DNA from: an uncultured delta proteobacterium
Lineage (GTDB): Bacteria; Myxococcota_A; Polyangia; Fen-1088
Length of the DNA stretch: 64,000 nucleotides
Assembly (NCBI GenBank): GCA_963767925.1
Contig: CAVYGB010000010.1
Coordinates: 1,152,001 to 1,216,000 of the forward strand
Direction of reading: 5' to 3'
The notes beneath the pieces were generated by a model. The model did not search any database. It had not been told where the DNA came from and worked only from the letters and a program-made list of their open reading frames with translations. Position numbers and translations under genes: made by a program. Shown one piece after another: positions 53,329-61,538 of this stretch. The stretch's first letter is position 1, and every line of letters begins with the position of its first letter.

Positions 53329-55104
53329 GTGGAGATTGGATCGAAGCCGCGGGACGCCCGCAGCCAGGCGCTGCTGGCGGACCTGCGGGCGCTCATCCTG
53401 GCCGAGCAGGCGGCGGGCAGGGACAAGGTCCTGTCGGTCTGGCGGCGGCCCTTGCTCGACAAGGTCCAGACGGGCTGGACCCAGCGCTTCGTCAGCCTCG
53501 AGCGGGCAGACGAGGGCGACACGCTGTGGGCCTGGCCCGACGGCGGCGAGTCGCGCTTCCGCGAGGGCGACCTGCTGGTGCTGCACGCGGGCGACCCGAG
53601 CGGCGGGTGGCTGGCCCGTTCGCTCAGCTTCGAGCTCGAAGAGGAGGACCGCTGGCTCCTGCGCGGGGAGGAGGTGCGGCAGCTCTGGCACCGCCACGAC
53701 GGCGGGCCCACCTTCGCCGATCCCGACGCCATCGACCTCACCGACCGGTACCTGAACGCGCTCGACCACATCGCCGCCTCGGCGTTCGGCCGGGACGTGC
53801 TGCTGCCGCTGCTCACCGGGGACCTCACGCCGCAGTTCTTTCCGGCCGAGCTGGCCGAGGGGGAGCGCTGGGCGCGCGCCGAGGGGTGCAATCCCCAGCA
53901 AGCCCTGGCCGTCGCCACCGCCTTCGCCGCCGAGAGCGTCGCCTGCATCCAGGGCCCACCGGGCACCGGCAAGACGCGGGTCCTGGCCCTGATCGCCCGG
54001 CTGGCGGCCGCCCGGGGTGAGCGCCTGCTCGTCACCTCGCCCACCCACACGGCCATCAACCACGCCCTGGCCGGGATCGCCGCCCAGGGCCTCCCGGTGG
54101 TGAAGGTCGGGCAGCCCAGCCAGCGCCGCGGGCTGCCCGAGCAGGTCCCCTGCGTCCCCTCGCTGCACGCCTGGGCCGACCGCCCGAGCCACGGCTACGT
54201 TGTCGGCGCCACGCCCTTCGCCGCGGCGGGGGAGCGGCTGAAGAACTACGAGTTCGACACCCTGCTGGTGGACGAAGCCAGTCAGATGACCGTCCCCCTG
54301 GCGCTGCTGGCCATGAGCCGCGCGCGGCGGTTCGTCTTCATCGGTGACCAGCGACAGTTGCCGCCCGTGCTGCTCTCGCGCTCGATTCTCTGCGGCGACC
54401 CACCCTCGGTGTTCGCCCGGCTGACCGCGCAGAACGCCGACCACAACGTCCTGCTCGAGGAGACCTATCGCCTCAATCGCTGGCTGACCGACTGGCCCAG
54501 CCGCCACCACTACGGCGGCCGGCTGCGCGCGGTCGGCCCGAATCGGGAGCGGCGCCTGACCCTGACGGGCCTGCCGGCGCGCTGGCAGGCGGTGCTCGGG
54601 CCCGAGCACAGCGCCGTCTTCATCCCGACCCGCGATCGCACCGCCCGCGTGCGCAACCAGCCGGACGCCGACCTGGTGGCCGACCTGTGCGCCGCCGCGG
54701 TGGCCGGCGGCCTGCCCCCCGCGAGCATCGGGGTCGTGACGCCTTACCGCGCGCAGGGCCGAGCGGTCCGCACGGCCCTCCTGCGGCGGCTCGGTCCGGC
54801 CAGCGCCCGCCCGATCGTCGCGGACACGGTCGAGCGCCTGCAGGGCCAGGAGCGCGAGCTGATCCTCGTCTCGCTGGCCAGCGGCGACGCCGGCTTCATC
54901 GCCCGCGTGGCGGGCTTTCTCTTTCGACCGGAGCGCCTGAACGTCGCGATCACCCGGGCCATGACCAAGCTGGTGCTCATCGGACCGAAGCTCGGCGGCT
55001 CCGACTCCGATCCCGCCCCCGACCTCCTGACCGACGAGACAACCCAGCGCTGGGTGGACCACTACCGCGACCTCGTCGCCCACTGCCACGAGGTGGTCCT
55101 CTAG
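53329..55104 (+). CDS. SF1B (Upf1/Dna2-like) helicase without nuclease domain
   Basis: NPQQ Q-motif, QGPPGTGKT, THTAIN, VDEASQ, IGDQRQLPPV, TYRLN, TPYRAQ, DTVERLQGQERE, RLNVAITRA. Confidence 0.9.
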   Translation: MEIGSKPRDARSQALLADLRALILAEQAAGRDKVLSVWRRPLLDKVQTGWTQRFVSLERADEGDTLWAWPDGGESRFREGDLLVLHAGDPSGGWLARSLSFELEEEDRWLLRGEEVRQLWHRHDGGPTFADPDAIDLTDRYLNALDHIAASAFGRDVLLPLLTGDLTPQFFPAELAEGERWARAEGCNPQQALAVATAFAAESVACIQGPPGTGKTRVLALIARLAAARGERLLVTSPTHTAINHALAGIAAQGLPVVKVGQPSQRRGLPEQVPCVPSLHAWADRPSHGYVVGATPFAAAGERLKNYEFDTLLVDEASQMTVPLALLAMSRARRFVFIGDQRQLPPVLLSRSILCGDPPSVFARLTAQNADHNVLLEETYRLNRWLTDWPSRHHYGGRLRAVGPNRERRLTLTGLPARWQAVLGPEHSAVFIPTRDRTARVRNQPDADLVADLCAAAVAGGLPPASIGVVTPYRAQGRAVRTALLRRLGPASARPIVADTVERLQGQERELILVSLASGDAGFIARVAGFLFRPERLNVAITRAMTKLVLIGPKLGGSDSDPAPDLLTDETTQRWVDHYRDLVAHCHEVVL

Positions 55105-55105
55105 C

Positions 55106-57145
55106 GTGGCCCGCTTCATCCCCGAGTGGGTGAAGGTCTCCGGGCCCCACCTCCACCTGAAACGGCTGCTCACCCCGCTCGACGACGACCACCTCGTGCG
55201 CCGGCCGATGCGATCCGACCTGCGCGCGCCGGACCTGTTCCTCCAGCGCAGCGAGGGCGGGTGGCTGGCCCTCGCCCTCTGCCACGACCCGTTCGCCGAG
55301 ATCGATCCGCTGCGCCTGTTCGCGGGCGACGGCCAGGCCCGCCTGCAGCAGCGCCTCGCCGACCTGGACCGCCTGGACGGCGTGCCCGCACCCCTCAGCC
55401 GCGCGGTGGGCAAGCTGCTGGTGCTGTGGAGCTGCTCCCCCGACGAGGCGGCGCGCCTGGCGCGGCATCACGACGGCCGCTTCGCCGTGCGCATCGTCGC
55501 GCGCGACGAGCTCGCCGGGCTCGACTGGGCGGCCCTGCTGGCCCGCCCGGCAGCGGCCGCCGACCCGGAGCAGGTGACGGCCGCCCTGCTGGGCCGCTAT
55601 TTCCCGGAGGCCGAGATCCCCGCGCCCTGCATCGCCCGACGGTCCTTCTACCGGGACAACCGGGCCGGGCTGGAGCGGTACTTCCTCGACGGCGATCAAG
55701 AATGGACCGCCAAGCTCGACCTGGAGACCCCGGCGGAGCAGGGGCAGACCGCCGCCGATCTGTCGGTCCGGCTGGTCAACGGCGTCGCCGGCAGCGGCAA
55801 GACGGTCATCGCGATAAGCCGCGCGCGGATGCTGGCCGAGCGGTTTCCGTCGGATCGGGTGCTGCTGCTGATCCACAACACCCCGGTGGTGGCCGATCTG
55901 CGCCAGAAGCTGGCGCGCGCGCTGGGCCGGCTGCCGCCGCGGCTGGAGATCGTGACCTTCTTCGCCTGGGCCCTCGGCCGCTGGCGGGCCCGCTTCGGCG
56001 CGGACCCCGCACCGGTTCATCGCTCGGAGGTCATCGCGCAGATAGCGCGAAAGCGGGGGCGCTGGCCGGGGCTGCGGCCCGACGACGGCCAGCTCCTCGA
56101 CGAGCTGGACTTCATCAACGAGTCCCTGATCGCCGGCGAGCCGGAGTATCTGACGGCCAGGCGCGCCGGCCGGGGCTTCGCCCTGCGGCCGGCCGAGCGC
56201 GCCGCGGTCTGGGCGCTGTACCAGCACGTCACCCAGGACCTGCGGGCGTCCGGGCAGCGCCTGTGGAGCGCCATCCCGCACGAGCTCGCCCTCGCCCCCG
56301 GCGGCGCCGAGGGCCTGGAGCGCTTCCGCCACATCCTCGTCGACGAGGCCCAGTTCTTCGCCCCGTCCTGGTTCCAGGTGGTCAAGCAGGCCATGCGCCC
56401 CGGGGGCCACCTGTTCATGTGCGCCGACCCGAACCAGGGCTTTCTCAAGAGCCGCCTGAGCTGGAAGAGCGCCGGCCTGGAGGTGGCCGGGCGGACCAAG
56501 AAGCTGCGCCGCTCTTACCGGACCACCCGGGCCATCCTGGAAGCCAGCAGCAGCATCCTCGGCCATCTCGCCGCCGCGGACGCCGAGGACTACCTGCGTC
56601 CCGACCTGGCGGCGATGGAGCCGGGCGAGCCGCCGCTGGTCATCTACACGGCCTCGCCCCAGGACAGCGTGGAGCGCGCGAGCAACGAGGTGATGATGCT
56701 CGCGCAACGGCGACAGCTCCCGCTGGGCGGCATGCTGCTGGTCTACGGCGACGGGATCCCGAAGGAGGACCTCTACCGGCAGCTCACCCAGCGGCTCGCC
56801 CCCCCGGCCGTCTGGTGGCTGAACCACCCCCAGCAGAAGAAGGGGCCGCCGCCCGGCGGTGCCGACGACCACCTGCGCCTGGCCCACGTGAGCACCGCAA
56901 CCGGCCTGGAAGGCGCCGTCGTGTTCCTGCTCGGCGTCGAGAACCTCTTTTCCCGGGAAGCGCCCAGCGACCCGCCGACCGAAGCCGCCGCCGCCCAGCA
57001 CGAGGCGAACGCCCGCAAGCTGTACATGGCGATGACCCGCGCCGCCCAGCGCCTGATCCTCCTCTCCTGCCGCCCGCTCCCTCCCGCCATGGAACGGTGG
57101 TTCACGGTGTGCGACGCCCCGCCAGCCACCCCCTTGCCGCCCTGA
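55106..57145 (+). CDS. SF1A (UvrD-like) helicase with degenerate NERD-like N-terminus
   Basis: NGVAGSGKT, LVDEAQ, CADPNQ, LRRSYRTT, ATGLEG, LYMAMTRA; N-terminal PDLFLQ..GWLALAL. Confidence 0.85.
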   Translation: MARFIPEWVKVSGPHLHLKRLLTPLDDDHLVRRPMRSDLRAPDLFLQRSEGGWLALALCHDPFAEIDPLRLFAGDGQARLQQRLADLDRLDGVPAPLSRAVGKLLVLWSCSPDEAARLARHHDGRFAVRIVARDELAGLDWAALLARPAAAADPEQVTAALLGRYFPEAEIPAPCIARRSFYRDNRAGLERYFLDGDQEWTAKLDLETPAEQGQTAADLSVRLVNGVAGSGKTVIAISRARMLAERFPSDRVLLLIHNTPVVADLRQKLARALGRLPPRLEIVTFFAWALGRWRARFGADPAPVHRSEVIAQIARKRGRWPGLRPDDGQLLDELDFINESLIAGEPEYLTARRAGRGFALRPAERAAVWALYQHVTQDLRASGQRLWSAIPHELALAPGGAEGLERFRHILVDEAQFFAPSWFQVVKQAMRPGGHLFMCADPNQGFLKSRLSWKSAGLEVAGRTKKLRRSYRTTRAILEASSSILGHLAAADAEDYLRPDLAAMEPGEPPLVIYTASPQDSVERASNEVMMLAQRRQLPLGGMLLVYGDGIPKEDLYRQLTQRLAPPAVWWLNHPQQKKGPPPGGADDHLRLAHVSTATGLEGAVVFLLGVENLFSREAPSDPPTEAAAAQHEANARKLYMAMTRAAQRLILLSCRPLPPAMERWFTVCDAPPATPLPP

Positions 57146-57314
57146 AACGACCCGCCCGACGGCAGCGACAGGCCCTTCGGCGCCGCCCGACGGTCCTTTT
57201 CCACCCTCCCCGCGATCGAGCCGGCGGGTCCCGCTCGCCGGTCAACCGAGGCTCAACCGCGAATCGTGGAGACCAGGTTGCCAGGTTCGGCCCGTCCCTC
57301 TGCGAGCTCCGCCG

Positions 57315-59921
57315 TTGGCTGGGCGGCTGCGCGGCCCCCGAGGGGAGCCTTCGCCGCGGGATCCCCTGACCTTTTCCCGGGTCCACCGGCGGGTCGGGCG
57401 GGGGGCGGCGGCCGTCAAGACGGGTGCCCCTTCCACCGATGGATCGAGGGTGGGGCTGCTGCTTTTCCTCTACGTCCTGTCGGGGGCGAGCGGGCTGACC
57501 TTCGAGATCTTGTGGGCCCGGCAGCTCGGCACGGTGCTGGGCGCGACGACCCAGGCGATGGCCACGGTGATCGCCGTGTTCATGGCGGGGCTGGCCGGGG
57601 GCGGCGTGGTGGGGGCGCGGCTGGCGGGGCGGGTCGAGCGGCCGCTGCGGGTGTATGGCGTGGTCGAGCTGGCCATCGCCGCGGTGGCGGTCGGCGTCTG
57701 CCACCTGCTGCCGGCGCTGGAGGCGTTGCCCTCGCTGCCCGCGCGATACGGGGTGTCCCTGCTGGCCCTGCTCGTGCCGAGCGCGCTGATGGGCCTGACC
57801 TTCCCGCTCGTCGTCGAGGCCTTCGGGCGCCGCAGCGGGGGCCGGCCCGCCGGCAGCGGGATGCTCTACGGGCTCAACACCGTCGGCGCGGCGCTGGGCT
57901 GCCTGGCGGCGGGGTACCTGGGCATCGGGTTCCTGGGGGTCCGGGACACCGGCCTCGTCGCGGCCGGCTTGAACCTGGTCTGTGGCGTCGGGGCGCTCCT
58001 GCTGGCTTCGGAGTGGGGCGCGCAGGGCCGGCCGTCTGGCGGCGCGCGGGACGAGACGGCGCTTCCGACAACCGGGACGGACGGCAGCTCGTTCGTGGCC
58101 CGGGTGGGCCCCCAGCCGGTGGTGCTGGCGGTGGCCTTCGGTTGCGGGGCGGTGGGGCTGGCGACCGAGGTGCTATGGACGCGCGCGTTGATCCCGTACC
58201 TCAACTCCAGCACCTACGCCTTCACGGCCATCCTCACCGTGTTCCTGCTGGCGCTGGCCGGGGGGGCGGGGGCCACCTGGCGCTGGGCGGGGATGGCGGC
58301 GCCGGCGCGGGCGGGGGCGGCGCTTGTGATCCTCGAGGTGGTGCTCTGCCTCGGCATCGCGATCTCGCCCCGGCAGATGGAGCTCATCGAGGGGCTGTTC
58401 GAGGGATATGTCGGCGTGCGCCGGGTGATGAGCGTCGAGCAGTGGCTGGTCACGGTGGGGGGGGTGTTCTGGCGGGCGCTGGCGGTGATCGGGCTGCCCG
58501 CCTTGCTGATGGGGGCGTCGTTCCCGCTGTGCCTCCGGCTGTTGCCCGACGGGGGGCGAGGCGGGCGGGGGGCGGGGCTCCTGGCCGCGGCCAACACCTG
58601 CGGGGGGATCGTGGGGTCGGTGGGGGCGGGCTTCGTGCTGCTGCCGGCGCTCGGCGTGCTCGATGGGCTGCAGGTCTGCGCTGCGCTCTGCCTGCTCATC
58701 GCCCTGGCCCTCACCTTCGGGTACCCCGAGGGCGGCGGGACCCGGGCCGGCCGGGCCTACTTTCCCCCGGTGGTGGGCCTGGCCGCGATCGGGCTGGTCC
58801 TGCTGGCGAGCCGGGGCAGCGTCCCCTTCGTCGGGCGCCTGGCGGCGGATCACCGGCTGGTGCTGCTCGACGAGGGGCCGCAGGACACGACCGCGGTGGT
58901 CGACGTCCACGCCGGCGGCGGGCGGGCGCAGCGGCTCATCTATTCGAACGGCATCTCCTACACCGGCGACAACGCCCCCAGCCGCCGGTACATGCGCCTG
59001 CTCGGCCACCTGCCCGCGCTGCTGGCCGACGATCCGGAGAGCAGCCTCGTTATCTGCATCGGCACCGGCATGACCGCGGCGGCGCTGAGCCGCCACCCGG
59101 AGGTCCGGACGCTGGAGCTGGTCGACATCTCGCCGGTTGTGCACCGGACGCTGCCGCTGTTCGCGCACGTCAACGACCGCGTCTTCACCGACCCGCGGGT
59201 TGTCATCCGGAAGGCCGATGGCCGCCAGTTCATGGGCCGCGCGCCGCGGGCCTACGGCGTGATCACCCTCGAGCCGCCGCCCCCGCGCGCGGCGGGCGCG
59301 GCCAGCCTGTACACCGTCGAGATGTACCAGCGCGCGCGCCTGGCCCTGCGCCCCGGGGGGGTCATCGCCCAGTGGCTGCCGCTGCACGGCCTCTCGGACG
59401 GCGAGCTGCGCCTGCTGGCCCGCAGCTTCCTGGCCGTGTTCCCCGACGCCGCGCTCTTCCTGCTGAACCCGGACGAGGCCGCGCTGGTCGGCTCGCCGAC
59501 CCCGCTGGTCCTCGACCTCCCCCGCCTGCACGCCCGCCTCGCCGCCCCCGGCGTGCAGCAGAGCCTGCGGGCCATCGGCTTTGCGGGCAGCGACCCCCGC
59601 GCCCTCGCCGTGGAGATCCTCGCCCTGGCCCCCCTGCACGGCGCCGCCCTCGCCGCCTTCATCGGTCCCGGCCCGCTGGTCACCGACGACCGTCCCCTCG
59701 TCGAATCTTTCGCCGCCGCCCTCTCGCTCGACGCCGCGCCAGCCCCCGCGGCCCGCCCCGCGCCGGCCCCCACCTCCGAAGGCGAAGACGAGCCCGGGCG
59801 CGCGGCGTTCATCCAGCGCCTGCTCGCCACCCCCTGGATACCTCTACCCGCCGCCGGCGCCCAACCCCCTGCCCTCTCCGCCGGCTTCGCCCACCTCCGC
59901 CAGACGCTCTCGCCGCCTTGA
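57315..59921 (+). CDS. Fused MFS-like membrane / spermidine synthase-like protein
   Basis: LSGASGLTFEILWARQL, LYGLNTVGAALG, ICIGTGMT, ELVDISP, DGRQFM, EPPPP, LYTVE, QWLPL, TDDRP; true start may be downstream (~57450). Confidence 0.85.
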   Translation: MAGRLRGPRGEPSPRDPLTFSRVHRRVGRGAAAVKTGAPSTDGSRVGLLLFLYVLSGASGLTFEILWARQLGTVLGATTQAMATVIAVFMAGLAGGGVVGARLAGRVERPLRVYGVVELAIAAVAVGVCHLLPALEALPSLPARYGVSLLALLVPSALMGLTFPLVVEAFGRRSGGRPAGSGMLYGLNTVGAALGCLAAGYLGIGFLGVRDTGLVAAGLNLVCGVGALLLASEWGAQGRPSGGARDETALPTTGTDGSSFVARVGPQPVVLAVAFGCGAVGLATEVLWTRALIPYLNSSTYAFTAILTVFLLALAGGAGATWRWAGMAAPARAGAALVILEVVLCLGIAISPRQMELIEGLFEGYVGVRRVMSVEQWLVTVGGVFWRALAVIGLPALLMGASFPLCLRLLPDGGRGGRGAGLLAAANTCGGIVGSVGAGFVLLPALGVLDGLQVCAALCLLIALALTFGYPEGGGTRAGRAYFPPVVGLAAIGLVLLASRGSVPFVGRLAADHRLVLLDEGPQDTTAVVDVHAGGGRAQRLIYSNGISYTGDNAPSRRYMRLLGHLPALLADDPESSLVICIGTGMTAAALSRHPEVRTLELVDISPVVHRTLPLFAHVNDRVFTDPRVVIRKADGRQFMGRAPRAYGVITLEPPPPRAAGAASLYTVEMYQRARLALRPGGVIAQWLPLHGLSDGELRLLARSFLAVFPDAALFLLNPDEAALVGSPTPLVLDLPRLHARLAAPGVQQSLRAIGFAGSDPRALAVEILALAPLHGAALAAFIGPGPLVTDDRPLVESFAAALSLDAAPAPAARPAPAPTSEGEDEPGRAAFIQRLLATPWIPLPAAGAQPPALSAGFAHLRQTLSPP

Positions 59922-60270
59922 TCACGCAGGGAGGGACCGTCCGTGAACCTACCGAGCGAGGGAGGCCCCCCGCGCGTGCGCTGAGCGTCCCGGGGGGCGG
60001 GAACGGGGACGCATACGCGGGCGGATGGCGGGAGGCGGGGATCTTCCAGTAGCGCCAGCTCTTCAGGTCAGCGGTGAGGGGGCGGACTTCAGGAGGCGGG
60101 CCACGATCTCGGGCCGTGCATCTGGTGGTAGCGGAGGCGGGGCCGAGTCATGGGTCACCTCGAACGCCGCAAAGAGGAAAGAGCCTATCCGCCCTGCGAA
60201 ACCCTATCACCTCCGAATACGACGGATCACCGGGGCGGGTTTCGAGAGGCAGGGCGGAGAGCCGGGCGGG

Positions 60271-60341
60271 TTGCAGGTTGCAGCCTGGGGGGGCAACGCG
60301 GGGCTCGCCGGGAGGGGGGCGGCGGGGGCACAATGTTTGCG
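60271..60341 (+). promoter_or_regulatory. TGCA-N3-TGCA site plus sigma-54-type promoter of the kdpD operon
   Basis: TTGCAGGTTGCAG at 60271-60283; GGGCACAATGTTTGCG at 60326-60341 (GG-N10-GC, close to TGGCAC-N5-TTGC). Confidence 0.6.
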
Positions 60342-60368
60342 TCGGGACGGCCCGGACGCGTTGGACGC

Positions 60369-61538
60369 ATGATCAAGGATCCCAGTCGGGCACGGGCGGA
60401 GGACTTCCTCGAGCTCGTCGAGAAGGGCAAGCGCGGGCGGCTCAAGCTGTACATCGGGTTCGCGGCGGGGGTGGGCAAGACCTACCGGATGCTCGAGGAG
60501 GCGCGTGCGCTGGGCAAGCGGGGGGTGGACGTGGTGCTCGGGTTCGTCGAGCCCCATGGGCGGCCCGAGACGGAGGCCTTGCTGGCCGGGCTGGAGGTGG
60601 TCGGGCGGCGGGCGGTGGCCTACCGGGGGGTGACCATCGAGGAGATGAGCCTCGACAATGTCCTCCGGCGCAATCCTGCCGTCGCCCTCGTCGACGAGCT
60701 GGCCCACACGAATGTCCCCGGCAGCCGCAACAAGAAGCGCTACCAGGACGTGCTCGAGCTGCTGGCGGCCGGGATCAACGTCATCGGGGCCTTCAACGTG
60801 CAGCACCTCGAGAGCCTCAACGACGTCGTCGAGCGGGCGACCGGGGTGGCGGTGCGCGAGACCATCCCCGACAGCTTCCTCAAGCAGGCCGACCAGGTGG
60901 TGAACCTCGACCTCGCCGTCGAGGACCTGCAAGAGCGGCTGCGGGCGGGCAAGATCTACCCGCCGGCCGAGGTCCCCCGGGCGCTCGCCGGCTTCTTCAC
61001 CGAGCGCAACCTGGGCCACCTGCGCGAGCTGGCGCTGCGCGAGGTGGCGGAGAGCCTCGAGCGGGCCAGCGTCTACCAGGCGCCCGAGACCGGCGCGCGC
61101 CCCCTGCCCCCGAGCCGCAGCCGCAGTCGCAGCAGAGTGATGGTCTGCCTCTCTTCCTTCTCCCCCCGGGCCACCTCGCTGCTGCGCAAGGGGTCGCGCC
61201 TGGCCGGCCGCCTGGCCACCGACTGGTTCGTCGTGTTCGTGGAGACGCCCTCGGAGCGGCCCGACAAGATCGACTCGACCGCGCAGCGGCACCTGATGAC
61301 GAGCACCGAGAAGGCGCGCGAGCTGGGGGCGGAGGTGGTGCGCCTGCAGCACGCCGACCCGGTGCTGGCGATCCTGCAGTTTGCCCACTCCCACAACGTC
61401 GGGCACATCGTGGTGGGGCGATCGCAGCGCCCATTCTGGCGGCAGGCCTTCGGGCGCAGCATCCCCCTGCGCCTGGCCAAGCAGGCGGCCGGGTTCGATC
61501 TGCACATCGTCTCGCTCGACGAGGAGCCGCCGCAGTGA
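60369..61538 (+). CDS. kdpD: KdpD N-terminal sensor domain + Usp domain (split KdpD)
   Basis: RGRLKLYIGFAAGVGKTY, EPHGR, LVDELAHTN, KRYQDV, NVQHLESLND, LRELALRE; Usp VMVCLS...IVVGRS; no TM or kinase part. Confidence 0.92.
   Translation: MIKDPSRARAEDFLELVEKGKRGRLKLYIGFAAGVGKTYRMLEEARALGKRGVDVVLGFVEPHGRPETEALLAGLEVVGRRAVAYRGVTIEEMSLDNVLRRNPAVALVDELAHTNVPGSRNKKRYQDVLELLAAGINVIGAFNVQHLESLNDVVERATGVAVRETIPDSFLKQADQVVNLDLAVEDLQERLRAGKIYPPAEVPRALAGFFTERNLGHLRELALREVAESLERASVYQAPETGARPLPPSRSRSRSRVMVCLSSFSPRATSLLRKGSRLAGRLATDWFVVFVETPSERPDKIDSTAQRHLMTSTEKARELGAEVVRLQHADPVLAILQFAHSHNVGHIVVGRSQRPFWRQAFGRSIPLRLAKQAAGFDLHIVSLDEEPPQ

Noticed and set aside
60089..60151. 20-codon minus-strand ORF (MTRPRLRYHQ...) with GAGGTG RBS
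   Set aside because: Too short and without recognisable homology; may be degraded debris
59940..60260. Possible c-di-AMP (ydaO) riboswitch or tRNA upstream of kdpD
   Set aside because: Only a loose GGGAACGGGGA resemblance; conserved core and cloverleaf not found; an Infernal search would settle it
50590..60270. Prophage or integrative element
   Set aside because: No integrase, transposase, phage structural or conjugation genes, and no tRNA target
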